In this document: positions 46,612 to 55,810 of the stretch, piece after piece | Position numbering within the stretch: position 1 is the first letter of the stretch | How the letters are laid out: the number at the start of each line of letters is the position of its first letter | Assembly (NCBI GenBank): GCA_027064425.1 | Contig: JAMOPO010000052.1 | Span: 140,521 to 204,520 of the forward strand | DNA length: 64,000 nucleotides | Direction of reading: 5' to 3' | From: Methanobacteriota archaeon | GTDB lineage: Archaea; JAADCQ01; Methanopyri; Methanopyrales; Methanopyraceae | Program-made: the position numbers and the translations under genes | The notes under the pieces: model-generated | Database searches by the model: none | What the model saw: the letters and a program-made list of their open reading frames with translations, nothing else | What the model was told of the DNA's origin: nothing

Positions 46612-47783
46612 CCCGCAACCCCCGCGAGCTTCAGCGCCGTTGGTACGGCGAGCGCCGCGCTGCACACCGACGGATCGACGCCCCTCCTCAGCGCGTAAAT
46701 CCCTATTCCCGAGCAGAGCAGGCAGAGCCCCAGCGCGCCCGGGCCCCGGTGAGCCGCCAGCGCCAGGAGCGCCGCGGTGACGATCGCGGTCGCCACCTGG
46801 GCGCGGACGCCCGTCAGCACACTCCCAAAGACCCGGGACGAGTACACCAGGAGCCACGTCCCGAGCGGGAGGGAGGCCGCGTAAAGGCCGGCCGCGGTCA
46901 GCGCCTCCCCCAACGTCAGCTCCCCTACGTGCTCCTGCAGGAACACCGAGGCACCGCTCCTCGGGTTGCCAAGGGCGTGGAGGGCGAGAATGGACGAGAG
47001 ATTATCTGAGGCGTCGACCCCGGAGACAACCATGATGTACTCGTCCTCGCCCCTCACCCCGAGCCGCCGCAAAAGCGAGATGACGTTGGCCGGACCCAAG
47101 CCGAGCAGGAGCCCCAGGACCACCCCGGTGAACGTCCCCAGCAGTCCGCATCTCACCAGCTTGGCGCCCGGGACGCTGGCTCTCGCCCTCGCCTGCCTCG
47201 GCACCTCCGGCCGGTTGAGGGCGCAAGACACGCCCGGTCCCACCGCGTAGAACCCCGTCAGCATCGACTCGATCGGTCCCGGGACGCTGACGCCGGCGCC
47301 CAGCAGGGCCAGACAGCCCGCGCCCGCGCTGGCCCCCGCGATCAGGAAGCCGTCGAGGCCGTTGTCTAGGATCTGGAGCCCGATCACCGCCAGGATCAGG
47401 ATCGGGACGATCGGCCGGAGGGCGTCGTAAGCCGTCGCGATAACCCCGGAGAGAATCGGTAGGAGCGGGGCGGTGATTAAGGCCGCCGCTAGGGTGCCGA
47501 GGGCGGAGAGCCTGGCGGCCTCCTCCGCCCGCCCGGCGAGTGTGTACCGCTGGAACGGGATCAGGACGACCGTCGTCGTCTGGTCGTCCGGTACTCCCAG
47601 AAACATACTTTCAAGCTTGGATACCGGAGTGTTGATCGCGGAGGACACCACGGCGAACGATAACAGGTCGTCCCGCCGCAGCGGGCCGGGATCGAACTCT
47701 GAGAAAAATGTGTTCGGGTGGAGGCCCGGGACGTACCCGGAGATTATACCCGTCAGCACCCCTAGGCAGGCTCCACCGATCAA
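46608..47783 (-). CDS. TctA/DUF112 tripartite tricarboxylate transporter-like permease
   Basis: G.VPGLHPN, FLGVPD, GNPRSG. Confidence 0.8.
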   Translation of the reverse strand: MIGGACLGVLTGIISGYVPGLHPNTFFSEFDPGPLRRDDLLSFAVVSSAINTPVSKLESMFLGVPDDQTTTVVLIPFQRYTLAGRAEEAARLSALGTLAAALITAPLLPILSGVIATAYDALRPIVPILILAVIGLQILDNGLDGFLIAGASAGAGCLALLGAGVSVPGPIESMLTGFYAVGPGVSCALNRPEVPRQARARASVPGAKLVRCGLLGTFTGVVLGLLLGLGPANVISLLRRLGVRGEDEYIMVVSGVDASDNLSSILALHALGNPRSGASVFLQEHVGELTLGEALTAAGLYAASLPLGTWLLVYSSRVFGSVLTGVRAQVATAIVTAALLALAAHRGPGALGLCLLCSGIGIYALRRGVDPSVCSAALAVPTALKLAGVAG

Positions 47784-47811
47784 CGCACCCCGTCGGGGAG
47801 TGTCGTCGGAG

Positions 47812-48357
47812 ATGCTGAAACACATTTGGAACTCGTTTGCGATAGGGATGGGAGCGGCCTGGATCCTCGGGACACTGGCCCTCTCGATCGCGGTGCTGGG
47901 CCCCTTCACGACCCTAGCCGCCTTCCTGGCCCTATCAGCGGTGCTGGGGGTGTCCGTCTACCGGTCCGTGTCCCCGGCGGCGCTGGTGCGGGGGGCCGGG
48001 CTGTTGCTGCTCCTGGTGCTGAACGTCGCGCGGCTGTCGTACCTGACGCCAATCCTGGCGGCCTCGGTCCTGGTACCACTCTTCTACGTCAACCGGCTGT
48101 GGTTCCTGGCGGTCATGGCCCTGTCCGGCGTCGTTTTGATCCTTCGGGCTATCGTGGAGTTCCACCGAGCGATGCTGGAGGTGGACCCAGAGTACAGGGC
48201 CCGCGTGAGCGCGCTGGCCGCGGCGCTGACCCACGTCTGGCAGAGGATGGTGGAGGGACTGAGAGCGGTGGCGGCGGCGTCCGTGGAGCGCGGTGAGGAG
48301 CTTCGAGGGTCCCTTACCGTGTGGGGTAAGCGCCTGCTGCGGTGGGTGATGAGCTGA
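47812..48357 (+). CDS. Uncharacterised membrane protein
   Basis: About 5 TM segments from ATG 47812. Confidence 0.6.
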   Translation: MLKHIWNSFAIGMGAAWILGTLALSIAVLGPFTTLAAFLALSAVLGVSVYRSVSPAALVRGAGLLLLLVLNVARLSYLTPILAASVLVPLFYVNRLWFLAVMALSGVVLILRAIVEFHRAMLEVDPEYRARVSALAAALTHVWQRMVEGLRAVAAASVERGEELRGSLTVWGKRLLRWVMS

Positions 48358-48361
48358 ACCG

Positions 48362-48413
48362 CGTCCGCGGTCCAATCGTCATCACCGCTCAGCAGCGCGG
48401 GACGTCGTCATCC
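48362..48413 (-). ncRNA. Box C/D sRNA candidate
   Basis: C AUGACGA overlaps the glmU stop; 12-nt guide CGUCCCGCGCUG; D' CUGA; C' AUGACGA; short second guide then CGGA. Confidence 0.55.
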
Positions 48414-49682
48414 GCGTCCGTCCCAGTCCACGAGCACCCCGTCCTCGATCAGCATTTTGCCCTCCGGGACGTTCTTGCGCACGACCGTGGACGGGGCCGT
48501 GGCCGAGTAGGGACCGAGCTTCCGACCCGGCAGGATCGAGGTGTTAACACCCGTCTTCACGCCGTCCCCGATCACCGCGCCGAACTTCCGCCGTCCGGTA
48601 TCCTCCAGCTCGCCCTTCACGACCACCTTCACGTTGCGCTCGTCGTGCCGGAGGTTGGCGATCACGGTCCCCGCGCCGAGGTTGCACTCGGCCCCGATGA
48701 CGCTGTCCCCGACGTAGGACAGGTGGCTCACGTTCGTGTCCTCCATGATGATTGAGTTCTTGATCTCCACGGCTTGCCCCACGCGGACGTTCCCTACGAG
48801 CGTCGTGGCGGGTCGGATGTAGCAGTTGGGACCCAGCTCGCACCCGGGTCCGATGTACGCGGGACCCTCCACAACCGTGCCCGGCTTGAGTACGGCGCCC
48901 TCCGCCACCCACACCGGGCCCCGGAGCTCGACGCCCTCCTCCACGATCCCTTCAACCTCAGGGCGGTCCATGACGTTCCTGAGCGCCCACTCGTTCGCGT
49001 CCAGTAGGTCCCACGGTCGGCCCACGTCCGACCAGTACACGTCCTGCGGAACGCCCTTGACCTCCTCCTCGCGCGCCGCCGTCAGCAGCGCGTCCGTGAT
49101 CTCGAACTCCCCGCGCGGGGACAGCTTCACGTCCTCCAGGTAGCGCTCGAACTCGGGCTCCAGCACGTAGACTCCCGCGTTCGCGAGGTTCGAGGGGGCC
49201 TCCTCCGGGTCCGGCTTCTCCACCAGGCTCCGGACGTAGCCATCCTCCAGCTCCACCACGCCGAACTCCGAGGGGTCGTCGACCTCAACCAGCGCCATCG
49301 AGGCGACTCCTTCGTGCTCCTTCACCGTCCGCTCCACGAGCTTCGGGTCGAAGACCAGGTCACCGTTGGCCACGACCACGGGCTCGTCCGGCTCGATCTC
49401 GCGCCACGCCACGTACACGGCGTGCGCGGTGCCGAGCGGCTTACCCTGCCGGACGAACGAGAGCTCGACCTCCCCGCCCCACCGGTCCTCAACGTACTCC
49501 TCCACCGCCCCCGCCTTGTACTCCGTCACCACGACCAGCCGCTCTACGCCCGCCCGGACCAGCGCCTCGATCGAGAAGTCGATGAGCCGCCGGTCCGCCA
49601 CCGGTAGCAGGACCTTGGGGCGCGTCCGCGTCAGCGGCCTCATCCTCGTGCCCTCACCGGCCGCGAGCACGATGCCGATCAT
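48408..49682 (-). CDS. glmU: Bifunctional sugar-1-phosphate nucleotidylyltransferase/acetyltransferase
   Basis: LAAGEGTRMRPLT..RPK, EKP, beta-helix with HLSYVGDS; coupled to glmM. Confidence 0.9.
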   Translation of the reverse strand: MIGIVLAAGEGTRMRPLTRTRPKVLLPVADRRLIDFSIEALVRAGVERLVVVTEYKAGAVEEYVEDRWGGEVELSFVRQGKPLGTAHAVYVAWREIEPDEPVVVANGDLVFDPKLVERTVKEHEGVASMALVEVDDPSEFGVVELEDGYVRSLVEKPDPEEAPSNLANAGVYVLEPEFERYLEDVKLSPRGEFEITDALLTAAREEEVKGVPQDVYWSDVGRPWDLLDANEWALRNVMDRPEVEGIVEEGVELRGPVWVAEGAVLKPGTVVEGPAYIGPGCELGPNCYIRPATTLVGNVRVGQAVEIKNSIIMEDTNVSHLSYVGDSVIGAECNLGAGTVIANLRHDERNVKVVVKGELEDTGRRKFGAVIGDGVKTGVNTSILPGRKLGPYSATAPSTVVRKNVPEGKMLIEDGVLVDWDGRG

Positions 49683-51037
49683 CCTCTCACCCCGCGCAGG
49701 CACTCCTCCACCAGGCTCACGAACTCATCCCGCAGCTCCCTCGCCCGCTCCTCCGACTCCGCCTCGACCGTGACCCTTACCACGGGCTCCGTGCCCGAGG
49801 GCCGGATCAGGGCCCAACCGTCCTCCAGCTCGACCCGGACGCCGTCCACGGTGTCGATCTCGTCGTAGTTCTCCCGGACTCGGCGCTCCACGCACTCCAT
49901 CACCTTCGGCTTCAGCTCGTCCGGGCACTCCACGTTCTCGCGCAGCGTTGGGTACCTCGGCACCTCCTCCAGCAGCTCCGACAGTGGCCTCCCCTCCTCC
50001 GCGAGTAGACTCACCATCCAGGCCGCGGAGAGCGGACCGTCCGGGCACATGTGCGCGTCCGGGTGGATCCACGTCCCGTTGGGCTCGCCGCCGAAAACGC
50101 AACCCTCCCGCTTGATCGCCTCCGCCACGTACACGTCGCCCACCTTGGTTCGGACCACCTCACCGCCCAGCTCCCGCACGACCTCGTCCACGACCATCGA
50201 GGCATCCACGTTGACCGCCACCTTGCCCGCGCCCTTCTCCTCCAGGATCCGCCGGCACACGAGCGCCAGCACCTCGTCGTACCCGGCGAACTCGCCCTCT
50301 TCCGTCACGAACACGACCCGATCCGCGTCCCCGTCGTGCGCGATGCCGAGGTCCGCGTCGACCGACCTCACCGTTCGCATGAGCTCCCTCAAGTGCTCCG
50401 GCCGGGGCTCCGGGTGTCGGCCCGGGAAGTGACCGTCCAGGTGCGCGTTGATCGTGATCACCTCGCAGCCCATCTCCCGAAGCACGGTCGGGGTGACCAG
50501 GGACGAGGGACCGTTCGCACAGTCCACCACGACGCGCAGGCCCTCGCCGTCCGCCTCCACCTCCCTCAGGATCCTCTCCACGTGCACCTCCGGCGCGCCC
50601 TCCTCCCGCGTGACCCCCTTAAACTCGCGCCAGTCCGGGTACTCCGGCTCCCCGTCCATGATCTCCTCGATCTCCCGCTCCTGATCCGGCGTGAACGCCA
50701 TGCCGTCCGAGTTCCAGAACTTGATCCCGTTGTACTCCGGCGGGTTGTGCGACGCCGTCACCATCACGCCCGCGTCGAGGCCCTCCTCGGACACGTAGCA
50801 GCCCAGGGTGGGCGTGCAGACCACGCCCACGTCGACGACCTCACACCCCTGCGAGAGCAGGCCCGCGATCACCGCCGAGGCGATGGCGTCCCCGTGGACC
50901 CGCGTATCGCGGCCCACGGCTACCCTCCCACCGCCCAGGTACTCACCCAGCGCTCGACCCGCTCGGAGCGCGAGCTCCGGCGTCAGAAACTCACCTACCT
51001 TGCCCCGGATGCCCGAGGTGCCGAAGTACTTACCCAC
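49679..51037 (-). CDS. glmM: Phosphoglucosamine mutase
   Basis: FGTSGIRG, TASHNP, DGDADR, RPSGTEP. Confidence 0.93.
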   Translation of the reverse strand: MGKYFGTSGIRGKVGEFLTPELALRAGRALGEYLGGGRVAVGRDTRVHGDAIASAVIAGLLSQGCEVVDVGVVCTPTLGCYVSEEGLDAGVMVTASHNPPEYNGIKFWNSDGMAFTPDQEREIEEIMDGEPEYPDWREFKGVTREEGAPEVHVERILREVEADGEGLRVVVDCANGPSSLVTPTVLREMGCEVITINAHLDGHFPGRHPEPRPEHLRELMRTVRSVDADLGIAHDGDADRVVFVTEEGEFAGYDEVLALVCRRILEEKGAGKVAVNVDASMVVDEVVRELGGEVVRTKVGDVYVAEAIKREGCVFGGEPNGTWIHPDAHMCPDGPLSAAWMVSLLAEEGRPLSELLEEVPRYPTLRENVECPDELKPKVMECVERRVRENYDEIDTVDGVRVELEDGWALIRPSGTEPVVRVTVEAESEERARELRDEFVSLVEECLRGVRG

Positions 51038-51049
51038 GGGGGAACCCCC

Positions 51050-51856
51050 TTGCACGCGTTCCTTCTCGCCGGCGATAACGTCGAGCTGGCGCTGATGGAA
51101 TTAAAGGGCGCGCTCCGGGCGGAGGTGGGCGAGAGGGAGGTCGAGGTCCACGACCGGGTCGCGGTGGTCGAGGGACTCACCGACGATGAGGCGGAGCGGG
51201 TCGTTCGGCGGCTCGCCCGGACGCACGCGGTTTACCGGCTCGGTGAAGGGAACGCCAGGCTCGAGATCGGGGGCGAGCGCAGGCGGGCCCGACTCCTCGC
51301 GGAGCGCGAGAAGCTGTCCGACCGTAAGCCGCACAAGCGCCCCGAGTTCATGCCCGACTCCACGGAGCCCTTCCTGGCCCGAGCCCTGGTCAACCTGGCC
51401 GAGGCACGGCGCGGGGAGCGCCTGCTGGACCCGATGTGCAACGTGGGTGGGATCCTCATCGAGGCGGGGCTGATCGGGTGCGTACCCGTCGGAGTCGAGG
51501 TCCGGGAGGAGCTCGTGGAGCGGGCGGAGCGTAACCTGCGGCACTACGGGATCAAGGAGTACGAGCTGCACGCGGGCCGGGCGGAGGAAGTGGACGAGAT
51601 TCTGGATGAACCTGTGCAGGCGGCCGCCGTGGACCCACCGTACGGTAGGTCCTCCTACATTGAGGGGGGCCCGGTCGAGCGGCTGCTGCTGAACACCCTG
51701 GACGCGCTGTCCGAGGTCGTCGAGGGTAAGGTCTCGCTGACCGCGCCCGTGGACGCCTGGGAAGAAGTTAAAGGGAGCGTGAGAAGGGTGGAGGGCGAGA
51801 CCCGGGACCGCGTTCACCGCAGTCTCACCCGAGTCATCGCCGTTGTCGTGCCCTAG
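51050..51856 (+). CDS. tRNA m2G10 methyltransferase (Trm11/TrmG10-like), short
   Basis: RKPHKRP, LARALVNLA, LDPMC..GGILIEA, DPPYGRSS, VHRSLTR. Confidence 0.8.
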   Translation: MHAFLLAGDNVELALMELKGALRAEVGEREVEVHDRVAVVEGLTDDEAERVVRRLARTHAVYRLGEGNARLEIGGERRRARLLAEREKLSDRKPHKRPEFMPDSTEPFLARALVNLAEARRGERLLDPMCNVGGILIEAGLIGCVPVGVEVREELVERAERNLRHYGIKEYELHAGRAEEVDEILDEPVQAAAVDPPYGRSSYIEGGPVERLLLNTLDALSEVVEGKVSLTAPVDAWEEVKGSVRRVEGETRDRVHRSLTRVIAVVVP

Positions 51857-51910
51857 CGGTGATGACCGCGGACCGCTCCTGACCTGTGATGAGTTTTCGG
51901 GGAGCTGACC
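51857..51910 (+). ncRNA. Canonical box C/D sRNA, probable 23S rRNA guide
   Basis: GUGAUGA, guide, CUGA, GUGAUGA, guide GUUUUCGGGGAG, CUGA. The D guide complements conserved 23S CUCCCCGAAA. Confidence 0.85.
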
Positions 51911-51916
51911 CCCGCC

Positions 51917-53293
51917 TCACAGGCGCTGCCGCAGGTACGCTATCACCGCCCGGGCCCCGGACGCGATTATCCTTTTGAACAGGAACAGGTTGCCCTCGCG
52001 CAGGGCGCTCAGCAAGTACCTAGGGTTAAGGTAGTACGAGATGTACGCCCACTGCAGCAGCCGGCTCAGCTCCTTCCGACTCAAATGTTCGGTCCTCATC
52101 ACCGGATCCAGCGTTGTGTACCTCGACCAGTCGCGCACCTCAATTAGCCCCTTCTCCTCGGCCATGTCGTACAGAGGCGTGCCCGGATATGGGGTGCACA
52201 CTGTGAACTGCACGTAATCTGGTCTGATCCGGCGGGCGAACTTGATCGTCCTCAAGACGTCCTCCCGATCCTCCCATGGAAACCCCAATATGAACGACAG
52301 CAGTATCCTTAAGCCGTGCCGTTTTGCCACCTTCCGGCACCCAATAATGTCTCGTACCGTAATCCCCTTGTTGATCCTTTTCAGCGTCTCATTACTAGCC
52401 GACTCGGCCCCCACGTAAACCGTGGTGCACCCATGGTCACGCAGAATTTTGGCGACCTCGGGCGTGAGTAAATCCGCCCTCGCTCCGCAATCCCACGGGA
52501 CGTCGATTCCCTCCTCCCGCATCTTTTCACAGATCTCTCTCAACCGGCGCTTGTGCACGGTGAACACGTCGTCCACGAACTCGATTCGATCCACTTTGAG
52601 CTCCTCCACCAGGTACCGCAGCTCCTCCACCACGAGCTCCGGGCTCTTCCCCCTCCATCTAGGGAACAGTCGAGAGGAGGCGCAGAAGATGCATCGGAAC
52701 GGGCATCCGCGGCTCGTGATCACCGGGGCGAACCTGACCCCGTCCGCCGCGTAGTTGTCCAGGTCGACCTTGTCGTACGCCGGGATCGGCAGCCGATCCA
52801 GGTCCTCCGGCTCCTTCCGGTCCGGGTTTCGCACGATCCGGGAGCCGTCCCGGTACGTGATTCCATCGATATCTGAGAAGTCGGGCTCATCCCACCCGTC
52901 CACCTCTTCCAGTACCCGGGTAGTCGGCGTCTCCCCCTCACCGCGGATGATCACGTCGGCCCGGCCCTCTCTCAGGGCTTCTCGGTCCATGAAGGTGGGG
53001 TGCGGGCCCCCCAGGAACACGAACTTGCCCAGCTCCTTCGCCATCCTGGCGACCCGGTAGGCCGACGGGGCCACCGGGGTGGTGGCCGTGACGCCGATCG
53101 CGTCGTACTTCTTCAGCACTCCGGGTAAGTCCTCCATGCCGACGCCCTCGGCGGGGCAGTCCAGGATGTCCACGTGGAACCCTTCCTCCTCGAGCTTGGC
53201 GGCCAGGTGCACCAGCCCGAGCGGGAACGAGGAGACCCCGAGCACCCGGGCGATGTTGTCCTCAAACGGCGGCTGGACCAGCAGCACTTTCAC
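51917..53293 (-). CDS. Cobalamin-binding radical SAM protein (class B methylase-like)
   Basis: PLGLVHLAA, GGPHPT, RGEGE, SRGCPFRCIFC, TPYPGTPLY. Confidence 0.92.
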   Translation of the reverse strand: MKVLLVQPPFEDNIARVLGVSSFPLGLVHLAAKLEEEGFHVDILDCPAEGVGMEDLPGVLKKYDAIGVTATTPVAPSAYRVARMAKELGKFVFLGGPHPTFMDREALREGRADVIIRGEGETPTTRVLEEVDGWDEPDFSDIDGITYRDGSRIVRNPDRKEPEDLDRLPIPAYDKVDLDNYAADGVRFAPVITSRGCPFRCIFCASSRLFPRWRGKSPELVVEELRYLVEELKVDRIEFVDDVFTVHKRRLREICEKMREEGIDVPWDCGARADLLTPEVAKILRDHGCTTVYVGAESASNETLKRINKGITVRDIIGCRKVAKRHGLRILLSFILGFPWEDREDVLRTIKFARRIRPDYVQFTVCTPYPGTPLYDMAEEKGLIEVRDWSRYTTLDPVMRTEHLSRKELSRLLQWAYISYYLNPRYLLSALREGNLFLFKRIIASGARAVIAYLRQRL

Positions 53294-54699
53294 TCGCCGG
53301 TGCCCCCAGCGGCCATGACGCACCCGGGGTCCGGGCCGCGCACACCGCCCTCGATCGCGTAGGCGCGCGCTCTGCACCCGCCGCACACGTACCGGAACTC
53401 GCACTCGCCGCACGGACCTTCCAACTCGTCGCGGTCCCGACACGCCCAAAGCACCTCGTGGTCCCAGAGCTCCTCCGGGTCGTCCTCCAGGATGTTCCCG
53501 ATTTTAATCGGAAGGAACACGCACGGCTGGACGTCGCCGTTCGGTCGGATAGCCAGCAGGAATCGGCCGGCGCCGCACCCACCCAGGAACTCCACCAGGG
53601 GCTCGACCCACCGACCCTCCCCGGAGTACGCGAAGTGGGTGCCGTAAAGCACGCCCCCCTCCCCGGACTCGGACATTTGGAGGCTCACTCGGGCCATCTG
53701 TGGTGCGGTGGAGTAGACCATCAAGTCCCGGTCCAAAGCCTCTCGAACGAGCGTCTTGAGCACCTCCTCGCGGACCTCCGGCGGCAGGTCCAGCTCCGGA
53801 CGGAACCGGCCCTGCCCCGTGGGTATGAAGTTGAACACGGCGACCCCGTCGGCCCCGAGCTCCTCGGCGAGGTCCAGCATCTGCGGGAGCTCGTCCACGT
53901 TGTTCCGGTGCACGGTGAACGCGATCACCGTCATCATGTCCGTCTCGGCGCAGTGGCGGACGCCCTCCACCGCCCGCTCCCAGGCGCCCTTGACCCCGCG
54001 GAACTTGTCGTGCGTCTCGGGGCGTGCCCCGTCCAAGCTGATCTCAACGTACTCCACGCCGGCGGCCTCCAGCCGCTCCGCCGTGTCCCGATCGATCAGG
54101 GTGCCGTTCGTGGCGAGCGCCGTGAACATTCCCTCGCTCGCGGAGGCCTCGGCCAGCTCGAAGAAGTCGTCCCGCATCAGGGGCTCACCGCCGGAGAACG
54201 CCAGCCCGGGGACGTTCCACTCCGAGAGCCGCTCGATGACCTCCAGCGCCCGCTCGGTGTCCAGCTCGCCCGGCGCGGGCTTGCCCGCCTCCGAGTAGCA
54301 GTGCTCGCACCGCAGGTTGCACAGCCCCGTCACGTCCCACACCACGAGGTACGGGGCGGCCGGGACGAAGGGCTTCCGAACCCCGTATCGGTAGATTCCG
54401 AGTAAGGTGACCGCGACGCCCCTCCGGTAGGCGTCCATCGACATTATCTCTCGGAGGGTCTCCTCCTCCACCCCGACCGCTCCCGCCGCCTTCTCCACGA
54501 ACTTCCTCACGGTCTTGGCCGCAACCTTGCACTTCCAGCACGCATCCTCACGTCCTCCGTAGGCCACGTCTAACGCGACTTTCACCCTTACATCTCCACA
54601 CGATTCACACTCCTTGGTGGCCACTTTCATCAGTTTCTTACCCACTCTCGAATCCAGAATACGGTTCAGCACGCGTATGAACTCAGCAACCCTAGCCAT
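53290..54699 (-). CDS. Radical SAM/SPASM protein with N-terminal Cys-rich extension
   Basis: CNLRCEHC, SGGEP, GCGAG..PNGDVQPC, CGEC....CGGCRARAY..DP.C; N-terminal CESC and CWKC. Confidence 0.92.
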   Translation of the reverse strand: MARVAEFIRVLNRILDSRVGKKLMKVATKECESCGDVRVKVALDVAYGGREDACWKCKVAAKTVRKFVEKAAGAVGVEEETLREIMSMDAYRRGVAVTLLGIYRYGVRKPFVPAAPYLVVWDVTGLCNLRCEHCYSEAGKPAPGELDTERALEVIERLSEWNVPGLAFSGGEPLMRDDFFELAEASASEGMFTALATNGTLIDRDTAERLEAAGVEYVEISLDGARPETHDKFRGVKGAWERAVEGVRHCAETDMMTVIAFTVHRNNVDELPQMLDLAEELGADGVAVFNFIPTGQGRFRPELDLPPEVREEVLKTLVREALDRDLMVYSTAPQMARVSLQMSESGEGGVLYGTHFAYSGEGRWVEPLVEFLGGCGAGRFLLAIRPNGDVQPCVFLPIKIGNILEDDPEELWDHEVLWACRDRDELEGPCGECEFRYVCGGCRARAYAIEGGVRGPDPGCVMAAGGTGE

Positions 54700-54714
54700 A
54701 TCGTGCAGTCCCTC

Positions 54715-55803
54715 CTAATACATCTTCACCGGCTCGTAGAGGGTCGTGCGCTGCACCGGGGTGAAGCCGGCCTCCCGGATTATTTCTACCATTTCTTCGG
54801 GTTCCAACCGTTCCCCCTCGGTTGCTCCAGCCTCTCTGGATATATTCTCTTCCATTAACGTCCCGCCCAGGTCGTTGGCGCCCGCGTGCAGGGCGGCCTG
54901 AGCGAGCTTAACCCCGAGCTTGACCCACGAGGCCTGTATGTTCGGAATGACGGGTCCGAAGTACAGGCGGGCAACGGCGTGAACCAGCAGGTCCGTCATC
55001 CCGGAAACGCCCGGTCGAACGTCACCCTCCTTGTACAGCGGCGAGTTCGCGTGGACGAATGATAACGGTACGAACTCCGTGAAACCACCCGTGTCCTCCT
55101 GAATCCGCCGAAGACGCTTCATATGGTCGATCCAGTCGTGGGGTGAGTCCACGTGACCGTACATCATCGTGCACGTGGTCGGGATGCCCATCTCGTGGGC
55201 CGTCCGGATGATCCGCTCCCACTCGTCCGCGTCGATCTTGTCCGGGCAGATCCGCTTGCGGACCCGGGGCGAGAAGATCTCGGCCGCCGTCCCCGGCATT
55301 GAGTCCAGCCCGGCCTGCTTCAGCTCCCGCAGCACCTCCTCGAGCTCCTCACCCGCCAGCTCGCAGCAGTACTTGACCTCCATGGGAGAGTAACCGTGGA
55401 TGTGGATGTCCGGAGCCTGCGACTTGATCTCCTCCAGGATCTCCAGGTAGTACTCGAACGTGGCGTCCGGGTGCAGCGCGCCCTGCACGCAGACCTCCGT
55501 CGCCCCCTTGTCCCGGGCCTCGGCCGCCTTCTCGCCGACCTCCTCGGGCGACATCATGTAGGCGTCCGGGTCGTCCGGGTCCCGGCGGAAGGCGCAGAAC
55601 TTGCACCGGTTGATGCACACGTTGGTGAAGTTGATGTTCCGGTTGACGACGAACGTGACCTGCTCGCCGACCAGCTTCAGCCGGGCCTCGTGCGCCGCCT
55701 CCAGCACCTTGTACGGGTTGATCTTACCCTCCAGCGCCTTCAGCGCGGTCCCCTCGTCGATCCCACCGGAAACGGCCATGTTGACCAGCTCGTCCACGCT
55801 CAC
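54715..55803 (-). CDS. cofH: FO synthase subunit 2
   Basis: NRNINFTNVC...C.FCAF, SMPGTAAEI, NIQASWVKLG, DLGGTLMEENIS. Confidence 0.95.
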   Translation of the reverse strand: MSVDELVNMAVSGGIDEGTALKALEGKINPYKVLEAAHEARLKLVGEQVTFVVNRNINFTNVCINRCKFCAFRRDPDDPDAYMMSPEEVGEKAAEARDKGATEVCVQGALHPDATFEYYLEILEEIKSQAPDIHIHGYSPMEVKYCCELAGEELEEVLRELKQAGLDSMPGTAAEIFSPRVRKRICPDKIDADEWERIIRTAHEMGIPTTCTMMYGHVDSPHDWIDHMKRLRRIQEDTGGFTEFVPLSFVHANSPLYKEGDVRPGVSGMTDLLVHAVARLYFGPVIPNIQASWVKLGVKLAQAALHAGANDLGGTLMEENISREAGATEGERLEPEEMVEIIREAGFTPVQRTTLYEPVKMY

Positions 55804-55810
55804 GTCGTCG

